Part shown: piece by piece, positions 1-12,024 of the stretch | How positions within the stretch are numbered: position 1 is the first letter of the stretch | How the letters are laid out: every line of letters starts with the position of its first letter | NCBI GenBank assembly: GCA_024679065.1 | Contig: JAGIQG010000019.1 | Location: forward strand, 36,890,001 to 36,954,000 | Direction of reading: 5' to 3' | Source: Sphyrna mokarran | Taxonomy: Eukaryota | DNA length: 64,000 bases | Position numbers and translations under genes: made by a program | Notes under the pieces: model-generated | Told to the model about the DNA's origin: nothing | The model's database searches: none | The model's input: the letters and a program-made list of their open reading frames with translations, nothing else

Positions 1-249
1 ATCCAGGTGGTGGATATGTGGCTTTGTGATATCTTTCCTCTAGGATAGAGGTGTATCAAACCTGGAATGAGCATGGCAACGACCGAACTGAATTGTGGTG
101 GAGTTTGACCACTGTTCAAATTGCAATGTGCCACACAGTTCTCCCCAGTGTAATTGAACCAATTCATGTCGATGGGACTGCTCAATCTCCTTGTGCATCA
201 TTCAATTGCCCCTCCTTTTTTTCTACAATATGCCCTTTGAGCCTGCTGC

Positions 250-900
250 ATAATTTAATAAGATCATAGCTGATTATCCCCTCACCAAATATCTATCCAC
301 CTCTGCCTTAAAAATATTTAAAGACTCTGCTCCTATCATCTTTTCAGGAAGAGAGTTTCGATGGTTCATAATCCTGAATGAAAATAATTTGACTCATCAA
401 TGTTTCGGATGGGCAACCTCTTACTTTTAAACAGTAAACCCCAGTTCTAGATCCTCCCACAAGAGGAAACATCCTCTCCACATCCACCCTGCCAAAAAAC
501 CCTCAGGATCTTGTGTTTCAATCAAGTTGCCTCTTAGTTTTCTAAACTCCAGTGGATACTATCTTAGTCTGTTCTACCTTTTCTCATAAAACAATATGTC
601 TATTCCTGATATTGGCTTCTCTAGATCTCTCAAACACATATGCATCATTCCTTAAATGAGGTGATCAATACTATACATGTTACTCCAAATATAGTCTCAT
701 TAGTGTCCTGTCCAACTGAAGCATAGTTTCCCTACTTTTCTACTCAATTCCCTTTGCAATAAATGATAATACCACTTGCTGTGCTTGCCTATTACCTTTT
801 TATGATTCAAGCACTAAGACACACATATTCTTCTGCATCATGGAGCTTTACAATCTGTCACTATTTAGATAATATTCTTTGGTACTCTTGTCTTCTGTCC
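250..900 (-). mobile_element. Degenerate CR1 LINE 3' fragment
   Basis: Resembles the reverse complement of the CR1 RT C-terminus/3' end seen in better-preserved copies in this window; boundaries approximate. Confidence 0.6.
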
Positions 901-1489
901 ACATTAGCACAGAGAATGGTGAGTAATTACCCTGACCACAGAGAATTGTTAAGCAGCTCAATGTTCTTTGGGTAGATTTGCACCAAACTAAGTAATTAAT
1001 CTGTACTGAATTGCAACTCATCTGGAACATTTGGTTAGCCAACTTTGCCTTCTTATGGCTGTTTATTCAGTGACATTAAGAAAATGCACATTTCCCCACA
1101 ATATACACCATTTGCTGGATCTTTGTCCACTCACTTTACCTATCTCTATCTCTTTGTGGCTTCCTTATGGCCTCTTCACAACTTGCTAATGTATGAATAG
1201 CAATATTGAACTGCATGAACATTGTCATTACACTCTGGATAGAAGTGTGATCTCCATGCAATCATCTCCTGGTTCCTCAAGTAAATGTAGCATGTACATG
1301 TATGGTCCTTCCACCAGTCCCATTCTTCTTTAGATGTCTATCCACTGGATGGTCTGAAACCTGCTCTGGCTGACTGTCTCTATCTTTCTGCCCATGGAAT
1401 CCTTTTTTTTAAACTTTCTTTTCACACCAAAGTTCATTTAAACCCATTTTAACTCAGTCATCTCCTAATTATCATTTAAAAAGATTGCT

Positions 1490-2705
1490 CAGTGATGCTC
1501 ACTTTGGGTTTTGCCAGGATCATTAAGTTCCTGACCTCATTACAGCCTTCATTCAAACATGGACAAAGGATCTGAATCCAAGAGGTGAGGTGAGAGTAAC
1601 AACCCTTGACATCATGTGTGACATCAAGGAGCTCTGGAATCAATGGGTATCAGGGGGCAAATTCTCCACTGGTTGGAATTATGCCTGATACATAGGAAGA
1701 TAGTTGAGACTATGGAGGGTCAGTTATCTTAGCTTTAGGACATCTCTGCAGGCTTCCCTCAAGATAGTGTCCTGGGCCCAACCAGCTTCAGCTGCTTTCC
1801 TCCATCATAAAGTTAAAAGTGAGTATGAGCAATCATCGGTGAACAATGTTCAGCACGATTCACAACTCCTCAGATACTGAAACAGTTCAAGTTCAAATGC
1901 AACAAGATCTGGACAATATCTCAGCTTGGGCTGACAAGTGGCAAGTAACATTCATGCCACACAAATGCCAGACCATCACCATTAAGAGACATTCTAACCA
2001 TTGCCCCTTGACATGCAATAGTGTAATTATCATTGAATTCCCCACTGTCTATATTCTTGGGGTTACCATTGACCAGAAACTCAAATGGACTCACCACATA
2101 AACACAATAGCTACAAGAGCAGGTCAGAGGCTAAGAATACTGTGGCGAGTAACTCACCTCCTGACTCCCCAAAGCCTGACCATCGTCTACAAGGCATAAG
2201 TCAGGAGTGTGATAGAATATTCCCCATTTGCCTGGATTGGCAGCTACAACACTCAAGAAGTTTGACGCCGTCCAGGACAAAGCAGCCCACTTGATTGGCA
2301 CCACATCCACAAACATCCACTCACTCCACTGATGCTCAGTAGCAGCAGTGTGTATTATCTACAAGGTATACTGCAGCACAATTCACCAAAAGTCCATAGG
2401 CAACACCTTCCAAACCTATGACCACTTCCACCTAAAAGAACAAGGGCAGCAGATAAACGGGAACACCAGCACCTGCAGGTTCCTCATCAAGTCACTCACC
2501 AAGCTAATTTTGAGGTATATCACCACTTCTTTGCAATTATTGAGTCAAAATCCTGGAACTCTCTCCCTAAAGGCATTGTTGTTCAATGTATAGCGCATGG
2601 ACTGCAGCATTTCAAGAAGGCAGGTCACCACCACCTTCTGAAGAGCAACTAGGGATGGGCAATAACTGTTGCCAGCCAGCAACACCTATGTCCCACAAAT
2701 GAATT
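1490..2705 (+). mobile_element. LINE (CR1/L2-clade) RT C-terminal fragment and 3' end
   Basis: ORF 1846-2199: QQDLDNISAWADKWQVTF..ILGVTIDQKLKWTHHINTIATRAGQRL. Confidence 0.8.
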
Positions 2706-3309
2706 TAAAAAATTACAAAAGATGTCATTGAACCATTTAAGCTCAAGCTAGATCAATCTCAAGATATTGGGTTTTGAACACTCTGATACCTATCAGCTTG
2801 TAAACATGCCAATTGTGTCTAAGCTTTAGTAGTATCTGGGTTTCTGGAGATACTGGAGATCTGGAGATACTGAACTTTCAGACTTTACTGCTGAAGTTTA
2901 CATTTTGATCATTTGATCCTTTTAGGCCAATAAAGCTCGGTCAATGAAGGCACTCAAACCAGATTTCCAACATGTCACCTCTCAGCTGCTTTTACTGAGA
3001 ACATATCATAAAAAAGTAAGATTCAGTATAACAATTAAATTAAAGTAGTACAAGAAGTATCAGATAAGATGTCCCAGAGTGAATACTGAAGGTTGCTCTA
3101 AGATGGACACCAGCAGGAAAACATAAATGGGGTAGACCAAAACAACACAGCGTAGAACTGTGGTAACTAAACTGAAAGAGATGGAACCTACATAGGGCAA
3201 AGCACAAACCACAGCACAAGACAGGGTCAAATGGAGGAACATTGTTGTGGCCTTTTGTTCTGCCTAGACTAGGACAATAACTAATGGACAGAAAAGCATA
3301 GTATTTTTA

Positions 3310-4400
3310 ATTTTGTTTTCTCTTGCTAATTAATGAAAACTATGTAGGAATGTTCCAAGGCCCTTAAAAAGTGCATGATGCAAATCATGTGAATTCTGCA
3401 ATCAAGAACCAGGCCAAATGCAATAAACCGAGAAAGGAAGTGGAGAGAAAAATAATAGTCATAGAGAGGTGATGAAAATAGGATGACAGTTAACATATAA
3501 GGGAACTCAAAAATCTTTGACCAGTATATAAATAGCAAACAGGAGAAGGAGGTGCGTTGTTACTATTGGGAATAAAAGGGTGATGTATGCATTGAAGTGC
3601 AAGGCAAGGCTCGAATACCAAATGAATATTTTAAATCAGTGTTTACTAAGAAAGAGATGTTGACCAAAATATCAATAGAAGCAGAGATGGTGGAAGTAAT
3701 GGATGGGGTGAAAATTTGGAAACAGAATGTACTGGAAAGGCTGGCTATCCTTTGACTGGATAAAGTCCAAATGGCTTGTGTTCCAAATTGCTAAAGAAAA
3801 ATAAGGGATGGATTTGCCACATAATCTTCCGATCTTCCCTAGATATGCAGGATGTGCTGAAAGATTGGAGAGTAACAAATATGACAACTTTATTCAAAAC
3901 AGAGTATAAAAACAATTTTAGTAACTACAGACTTAATGTTTTAGAAACCATCATCAGGAAATTAAATCAACATATACGTGAAGAGGTTTGAGTTCATTAA
4001 GTATAGCCAGCACCAACTTGTAAATGGCCGATCATGCTTGACTCATCTAATTGAATTTTTGTTGAACTAAAACAGAGAAGGTTGATGAAGGAAACACTGT
4101 GGATGGCCTTGTTCATCCCAATACTGTAAAATCCCGCCCGAGATAGAGGGATAATTCCATTCTTTGCCCTTCGCCCACTCTGATTCCGTTGCAGTTAAAG
4201 TTGGCCATATGTTCATATGGATTTTGAAAATAAAACATTTGACAATGTTAGCAAAATCAAGACTCATGGAATAGGAGGATTTTGTTTTAAATGATTTTTG
4301 CCTTAAAACAATGAGTTATGATAAAAAGTTGTTTATTTCAAATTGGAGTAAAGTAGACAAGGTTTCTTGCTAGGACCATTATTTTTATGAGCTTTGATAG
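3310..4400 (+). mobile_element. Degenerate CR1 ORF2 fragments
   Basis: DWRVTNMTTLFK..NYR, and SQH.LV.GRSCLT-like motifs, broken by stops and frameshifts. Confidence 0.7.
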
Positions 4401-4437
4401 AGGTATACAAAATTATGATAAGCTTAATTATCATAAT

Positions 4438-4648
4438 GGGAGTTTGCGCGTTCTCCCCATGGTTGCGTGGGTTTTCTCCGGGTGCTCCGGTTTCCTCCCA
4501 CATCCCAAAAATGTGCTCTTAGGCTGATTGGGTAACAAATTGTCCCTATATTGGTCTCTATATGTCATTAAGACGTTAGGACGGCAGCGCGGGCTCGTTG
4601 GGCCGAAGGGCCTGTTTCCCGTGCTGTGTTGTTCTTTGTTCTTTGTTA
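4438..4648 (+). mobile_element. HE1-like SINE 3' part with (ttctttg)n tail
   Basis: gggttttctccgggtgctccggtttcctcccaca core; same family as 7920-8389 and 51626-52123. Confidence 0.8.
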
Positions 4649-4840
4649 AATAAAGGGCTCCTGGCCAACTATGTGTGAACAGCAGCAAACAAAAAATAAA
4701 ATAAAGCTAATGGAAAGAAGTTGAGAAATACATTCAATATGCTGCTAAGAATATTCCAAGTGAATTATTTCAATTCTCCTCTATCAATATTGTTGGCCAT
4801 TGCTGCTATTTATTTGAATGGGTGGATGAATCAATGATAT

Positions 4841-4923
4841 AGAGATGCTGGCATTGGACTGGAGTAAACACAGGAGGAAGCCTGACAACACTAGTACTTA
4901 AACCTGGTGTTGTCAGACTTCCC
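4841..4923 (-). mobile_element. Penelope-like terminal fragment with a short hairpin
   Basis: Reverse complement of the ..ccagtccaa..gcatctct terminus; ctgacaacac/gtgttgtcag inverted pair. Confidence 0.6.
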
Positions 4924-5778
4924 ACTGGATGAATCAAGACAATAACTTGGGTGCAATGTGGTGTACAGATTAGCACTGTGACTGAATGCTTTTTTTTAAA
5001 TGGGTGGAAGGATGAATTGGCATTTCAATGGCTTAAATGCTGGAGAGATTGTATATGTGAGAAAATGGACAATGTGTAATTCAAAACACAAATTGGTTAG
5101 CATAAAGCCCAAGATCCACAATATTAAATTATTATGTTTTAACTATTTATATTTAAACAAGCTGCAAACAAAAATGTGGCTGCTATTATGCTATCTGCTC
5201 AAAAAACATGCTTAGCTACACTATACTAAAAGCACCTTTAGAAGGCTCAATCTCTGTGTTTATAAGAATGATCAAAATCCAAAGCAGTGACAAATTGATT
5301 TTGTGTTTAATCTTAACACCAAGCATCAGATCAAGCTCAGGATGGGTGCAATACCTTACCCTGTCAGCTTGGGTCTTGTTTGTCTCTCTTGTGGGGATCA
5401 TAAATTGGATTCAATTAGAACTTGAATTTGATTTTAGGACCAAGCAAGGAATGGCTTTGGGTCTGCCTGGTTCACTTTGAGTATTGGCACTGTAATTAAG
5501 AATGGAGTGGAAAAAAAACAGAAATCTCACATACCTAACTCTTCTTACAATCATAGCAACATATAAACCATTAGTGCACCTATTACACCCTGCCACCAAG
5601 TGTTTTGTCCATGTACTGTCACTCATTGCTCCATATGCTTTTGCACTTAAGACAGCAGGTTATCTCATGATTTACAAGAAGTAAGTTGGCCTAGGTTGGG
5701 GAGGGTTGTTGAGGTTTTCACAGGATGCAGTCAGTGCAGCTGATGAGTTCTGACTAGTAACTTTACCTAAGTAACATC

Positions 5779-5824
5779 ATGGTATTATTTTGCCTTTCCC
5801 TGCAGTTGCTGATAATTCTTGGAG
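5779..5824 (+). CDS. Gene 1 exon 1: signal peptide MVLFCLSLQLLIILG
   Basis: ATG at 5779, 15 mostly hydrophobic codons, donor G|gtaggt at 5825 in phase 1, matching the phase-1 V exon. Confidence 0.75.
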
Positions 5825-5957
5825 GTAGGTGACCTAAGAATGGTATTTTTAGTTTGAAAATTAAAATTGAAGTTAGATGTTAAATAACCATAGAATGTGG
5901 CACCTGTATAGTGAATGATTAAAATAAAAAGTAAAGTTTACTTTAGTTACAAGAGAG

Positions 5958-6205
5958 GCTTACATTAACATTGCAATGAAGTTACTGTAAAATTCCTCCA
6001 GTCCCCCATTCCTGCACCTGTTTGGGTCACTACACCTAACCAGCACTTCTTTCAAAATGTGGGATGAAACCAGAGCACCTGAAGGGAATCTACAACAGAG
6101 GAGAAGGTAGACTCCGCATAGATGGTGACCCAAGCCTCGAATCGAACGCAGGTCCCTGAGGCAGGAACTCTGAGGCAGCAGTGCTAACCACTGTGTCACT
6201 GCCGC
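5958..6205 (-). mobile_element. tRNA-derived HE1-like SINE
   Basis: Reverse complement of cagtggttagcactgctgcctca..gttcgattc head and aacttcattgcaatgttaatgtaagcc tail. Confidence 0.8.
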
Positions 6206-7168
6206 TAAATTACAAATAATGATATTAATAAATTGTCTTTAATTTAATGAGAATATTTTACATAGATTTGAGTTCGACATGACTTATGACTACAAAAACT
6301 ACTGAGTTTTTGGAATTAGATTTTTTAAAACTAGGAGTATTCAATTTGATCTAAACGGATGGTATCTAAATGTATTTCTATATACTTTACGTCAAATTTT
6401 AATTTAATTCTGTAGCATGCCGAAACTTTTCACTGTGTCTCTACTATAAATGTAACTAAAATCTGCAGAGAACTGATGTAGACTTTTTAAAATAAGCATT
6501 GTACGTGCTAGAAATTTGTTGTTTTATACAAAATAAAGTATTCAATTTACAGATACTTAAATCTTTTGTTGCGTGTGCCCTTCGTGAGCTAGCCATCCAT
6601 GTTCCCAAATTTTGCTAACATTGACTATCATTCCGTACTATGTATATCCTCATATAATACTTGCTGTTCGTACAGTGCGCTTTTAGTAAAATACCATAAT
6701 ATTCTCAGTTATCAAGCTGGGTACTGATAATAAGTTTTCATTCTATGCTGCCTTGCATTATTATAACGCGTTACGGCTATGTTGTAAAAACTGATTATTT
6801 GACGCATAACGACTATATTTTGAGCCCGGTGTTGTACTTATTTCGCACACAATCGGGTAATTTGTGACAATCCCCGTTCCTTCAATACTGCTTAATACAT
6901 AATACTAAATTCCTCTCTCTATGTTTAACACCTGGAAGAATGTCTTTAAAATTATACGCCAATAAGATTGAAAATACAAAATGTAGAGGAACAGACACAG
7001 CGAGCACATTGTGAACCATAAAATATTTCATTTTGTATTTGAACAAAGAAATGAAGCGTTAACGCTCCAATGAAAATAGGAGAGGCGTTTCACATATTCA
7101 CTTTCATTGCTAATAATGCACAGTGGGATTTTGACTCTCTGACATTACGTTGTATTACTCTTTTCAAG

Positions 7169-7516
7169 CTGGACAAAGTTTACAGCAGCCTAAAAATCTT
7201 TCTATCACAAAAGGAGACTGGATCGTGTTAAATTGTTTCTACTCGGCACCTCGTCTGCAAAGATTTGAAGCATGGTGGGTTTTCCAAAACGACCACCGAT
7301 GTCCTCTCAAGACCATTGCAAATTTATCCTCCAATAGACCCCAAGAGATTCATTCTCGATATTCTGCAATACACAACTCCAGTCAGAAAGCATTCACTTT
7401 AAGGATAATTGATGTTCAAGTCAACGACACTGGAGTCTATCGCTGTGAAATGTTTAAGATCTCACCTCCACCAACTGGTAAAGTAATAGGAAAAGGAACG
7501 GCGCTGCAAGTAATTG
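7169..7516 (+). CDS. Gene 1 exon 2: VJ-type IgV domain, CD28/CTLA-4/NKp30/SIRP-like
   Basis: Acceptor ttttcaag|, donor g|gtaact. Encodes QQP..GDWIVLNC..AWW..FTLRI..DTGVYRC-EMFKISPPPTGKVIGKGTALQVI, with canonical V-set C/W/DxGxYxC and a J-like GxGT in the same exon. Confidence 0.93.
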
Positions 7517-7919
7517 GTAACTATATCACTATATAACTTTATAAATTAGATTTCGTACTATGTTGTTTTACACATTTGTATAAACTTCAACTGAAGTAAA
7601 TTTTGTACACTTTTTTGTCAGTCATAGAGATGTGAGTGCTCAGGTTTGATAGTCCGTGGCGAATTGCCCCTATCAAGACGTTAGCGGTGCTATAATTGAT
7701 CTCAGTGTCCCAAGGCTTGAGAGGTTCCTACCCTTGATCTTTATCAAGTTTTCCAGATGGACGTGCATATAAATTATATTGGTGGAAGACAGAATCCGGG
7801 TCTCCATAGCAGAACAACTTCGTGATTTCCTAGGTTCGCGCATGAGGAATATTCACAGGTGAGATGTTGGAGGGAACCTTTGGAGTAGTACCCCAGCAAA
7901 CAGTCAGTTTCCAGAGTTA

Positions 7920-8389
7920 CAAAGAACAAAACAGCGCGGGAAACTGGCCCTTCAGCCCAACGAGTCCTTGCCCCCACCCCGATGTTCCCACCTCTACCCG
8001 TGATCCCTGTCCATGTTTATAGATCTATGGATTAAAAACCAAATTTGAGACAATTTAGGAGAATTTGTTTTGCCAATTAGCCTAAGAGCACATCTTTGGG
8101 ATGTGGGAGGAAACCGGAGCACTGGCAAATGCGCAAACTCCCACAGACACAGGCCCAAATCCATGTATCTGCACAGCACAGTGATAGTCACTGAGCTGTC
8201 ATGTTGCCCATCAAATGGTCCAGGTCAAGCGTACACTAACGACGTGAAGCACTAGGATACTCTCGAAAAAAAATCTAAGAGCAGCCCTCTCACGACCCAT
8301 CGCGTGTATGCCCCTTGTTAGACAACAAGGTGGACCAAAGCACCTGTAGGATAAAAACAAGTACATCAATATCATCTATTTACACACTT
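7920..8389 (-). mobile_element. SINE-related composite repeat, near-identical to 51626-52123 in the opposite orientation
   Basis: Shared translation MPISLRAHLWDVGGNRST..CPSNGPGQAYTNDVKH in the ORF track; this copy has a 24-nt internal deletion. Confidence 0.85.
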
Positions 8390-8722
8390 GTGAAAGGAAA
8401 GAAAATGGGTGGGAAAAGGGGCAAGAAAGAAAGGGAAAAAAGTCATTGTGATAGTCACATCAAGGATATAAACTAGAAAAGCACGACCAATACTTGAGAT
8501 AACAATGCTGGAACACTGACAGTCCAGTATCAGCATCAAAGCATAATATATATTAAAATTCCCTTCATCTTACCCTAAAACTGGATTGTACATTTGTCAA
8601 TGTGCTAACTTTAACAAAGCTAATATAAATGAAGCTGTAAAGAAAACACAGATACCGCAAGACTACGTTTACCATTACTAACCAAAGTGCATAATTTGTC
8701 TCCCATGCTTAAAATATTGGAG

Positions 8723-8836
8723 CAGCAGCGCTCTGAAAGCTAGTAGTGCTACCAAATAAACCTATTGGGCTTTAACCTGGTGTTGTGAGACTTCTTACTG
8801 TGTTCACCCCAGTCCAACGTCAGCATCTCCACATCA
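8723..8836 (+). mobile_element. Short Penelope-like end fragment with a 13-bp flanking duplication
   Basis: gcagcgctctgaaagctag..aataaacc..cctggtgttgtgagacttcttactg..ccccagtccaacg; taaaatattggag at 8710-8722 and 8837-8849. Confidence 0.75.
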
Positions 8837-10045
8837 TAAAATATTGGAGTTATTGGAGCAAAGGTTACTTGATTTCTTAAGGGTTATTCTGCATTCAAAT
8901 AGAATTTCTCAATTTGGGCCAATAAAATAAGTTTGGTTATTTTAAACATCAATTGTAATAATACTAGTCTTTTCTCGACTCTTGCTTTGATAAAGGCAGA
9001 CATGAAGTATTATTTACATGCTGTTGCTATTTTTTGATCATCGAAATGATTAAAAAAAGGTTCAACATCACTTTTAACAATTTTCTGTGTATTACTATAA
9101 TTGTAAAATACTTCAGTCTCTTTTTTAATGAGTTTTGAAATAGTTTTCTTATAATTCCTCTTAGCATATTGTAAGTATTTACTTTCAAGAATTAAATTAC
9201 TTGACATATTAGTTGACCCCAACAACTTTCTAGACTCAGAAAATACTAGAAACACTAAGTAGATCAGAAATAGCATCTGTCTATGAAGTGAGTGACAAGT
9301 TAAAGTTTAAAGCCTAACTCTTTATCAAATGTCCTGCATCTGCAGACTTCTTGCTCTTCTGAAGTTAGTTTGGCATGCCCTTAAAAAAAATTCATTCCTT
9401 TTGAGAACATTGAAAAGAGGACATATGGCATTAATTTTCCCGAATGATCTAGTTTATTAAAATGATTCATGGAATTTCATGATCATTCACAATAATGAAA
9501 TATGTGCAGAGAACTGTGCACATAGTTCCTTATCAGTATTCTTAGTAGTTGTGTTCATTCTTCATTAAACAAAATGGTCAGTAAAATAACAAGTATTAAT
9601 CATAGATCCAAATACATAGCACTGTTTAACAATAAACTTCCCCCTACCCCACTAAAATATTTTTTTAAAACCAGGAATATCAGTTTACTCAGCAGAACAA
9701 TAAATAATGCTACATTGGGGAAAAATGATGGTTGTGTATTGTGTTACCTATTGAATTATTGGTTTTTAAACTGTGGTATATTCTTGAAAAGAAAAATCAT
9801 TGGATACAAAATTTATTATGAATAAATGACTAACTGCTAGAAAGTACTTTTTTAAACAATAATGGAATTTTTACTGTTACTTAGCTTTTTTAAAAACACC
9901 ATTATACTATATACAATTAATTATTTGCCTCTGTATCCACTTTGAGTCTGATATGAATAAGAAAATCCAATCGTAAAAATTAATTTGACAAACGGACATT
10001 TTTTCAAACAAAATACAGCAGAGAATGAGAATTCTCAGCAAGTCT

Positions 10046-10500
10046 TAGAGTCATAGAGATTTACAGCATGGAAACAAGCTTTACGGCTCAACTTGTCCAT
10101 GCTGCCCTTTTTGTAAAAGCCCCTAAGCTAATCCCGATTGCCTGCAATTGACACATAACCCTTTATATCCATTATACCCGTGTAACTATCTAAATGCTTT
10201 TTAAAAGATAAAATTGTACCCACCTCTACTAGTACCTCTGGCAGCTTGTTTCAGACACTCACCACCCTCTGTGTGAAAAAATTGCCACTCTGGACACTTT
10301 TGTATCTCTCCCCTCTCACCTTAAACCTATGCCCTCTAGTTTTTACACTCCCCCACTTTTGGGAAAAGATATTGAATAGCTGATCTGTGCCTCTCATTAT
10401 TTTATAGAATTCTATAAGCACTGCTCAGCCTCCTACACTCCAGAGGAAAAAGTCTCAGTCTATCCAGCCTCTTCTTATACTTCAATCCATCAAGTCCCAG
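10046..10500 (-). mobile_element. CR1 LINE 3' fragment
   Basis: Reverse complement of the CR1 C-terminus and 3' UTR. Confidence 0.7.
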
Positions 10501-11544
10501 TAGTACACTTGCACCCATTAAAATTGGATTGAAATTCCTGCAAGTTCTTTCCATTTCATCTGAGTTTAACCAATCACTTAAAAAAAATTGGAGTCAACCT
10601 TCTTCCCTGAAGAAATTTGCAAGTTTTGGGACCATATGCGGGTACCAACCTTGATGGTGTTCCAGTCCTGCCACCTGCACAATTTTCCCAGAGATGCCAA
10701 TCAAAGAGGCTGCCCACGGGAACCATGTCCAATTAGAGATATGGTTGACATGATCCATTTGTTTTTGGCGGTGTTGTTGGTGTATTTGAGATTGGTTACT
10801 CACTTGTTTGTGGCCACATGAGAAAGAACAAATTATGAAAAGGTTGACAGACTTAAGAGAAAAAGAGATGCTAGATATGGTTATGGGTAGCACAGAGTCA
10901 ATGGAACAGAGGCAAGAGAGTCTGCAAACACAGAAGCCAGATGGAGCATGTGGGTTCCTTAGGCAGCACTTTCCAAATCCATGACCACTAACATCTCGAA
11001 AGACAAGAGCTGCAAGTACCTGGGAACACCATTATATCTTTATCTGGAAGTTTCCCTCTAAGTCACTCACCAGCCAGTTTTGGGGATGTATTGCCATTCC
11101 TTCACAGTTCACATTGCAGTGTGAATGTAAGCCCACATGTGACTAATTCCCTCCCTAACAGCATTGTGGATGTACCTATACCTCAAGAATTGCATTGGCT
11201 CAAGAAGGCAGCTTGCTACCACCTTCTTAAGGACAACCATTGTTGGTAATAAATGCTAGTCCAGTCAACAACACCCACATCTCGTAAAAGGAATTTTAAA
11301 AACATAACTGGTTGAGCAAATGGAAAATTGAGCAAATGACAGCAGATACAGAGTGGAGAGTCTGATGTCTAAGAGGAAAACAAAATCAGGAATGAGGAAG
11401 TGATTATATTTAAAGTATCAAAGTGACTCACAGATTAGTAAAAGACTACATAAATCAGACTAGTGAAAATGAAAATTTGTAAATATTTGGTCCTATTTTA
11501 AACTGATCATTATTGACTATTAGAACCCTATTCTTAAATTTCAG

Positions 11545-11585
<41 letters not shown>
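11545..11585. repeat. (TG)n(TA)n microsatellite
   Basis: Directly visible. Confidence 0.9.
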
Positions 11586-11712
11586 CACATCAGTATTAGT
11601 ATATAGATAATCTTTTAGTAGCTTTGAAATTTGAATGGTTCAATTGTACATTGGTATCATACCAGTCTAGTTCCACTATTAATCCAATTTCTGTCCTCTA
11701 TTTCATAACCAG

Positions 11713-12024
11713 TTCAACCATCTCTTTGGCTATTTGCATCGTCTGATGAAGCAGCATATTCACCTTCACTTATTGTCACATGCTCAGCATATAGATTCTA
11801 TCCAAATGTTATCACAATGATGTTCCAGACAACCTGTGTTATCAATCAATTCACCAATGAAAGCTCACTCAACCTCGATGGAACCTACAACCATACAGCA
11901 ATGATTAACATCTCGACCAAAGCCTGCACAAACTCAGCCAAATTCACTTGTGTTATTCAACATCCAGCATCACAATCCAAGATACAGCATACTATCAGCA
12001 TTGATGCACACAAAAGAGATGAAG
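11713..12024 (+). CDS. Gene 1 exon 3: Ig C1-set domain
   Basis: Acceptor ataaccag|, donor g|gtaaga, phase 1-1. Encodes VQPSLWLF..VTCSAYRFYP..NLDGTY..FTCVIQHPAS, with C1 hallmarks CxAxxFYP, NxDGTY, FTCxxxH. Confidence 0.92.

Noticed and set aside
7169-7560. Rearranging TCR/Ig V segment
   Set aside because: The G-strand GxGT is already in the V exon and is followed by a splice donor; no heptamer/nonamer RSS follows the V
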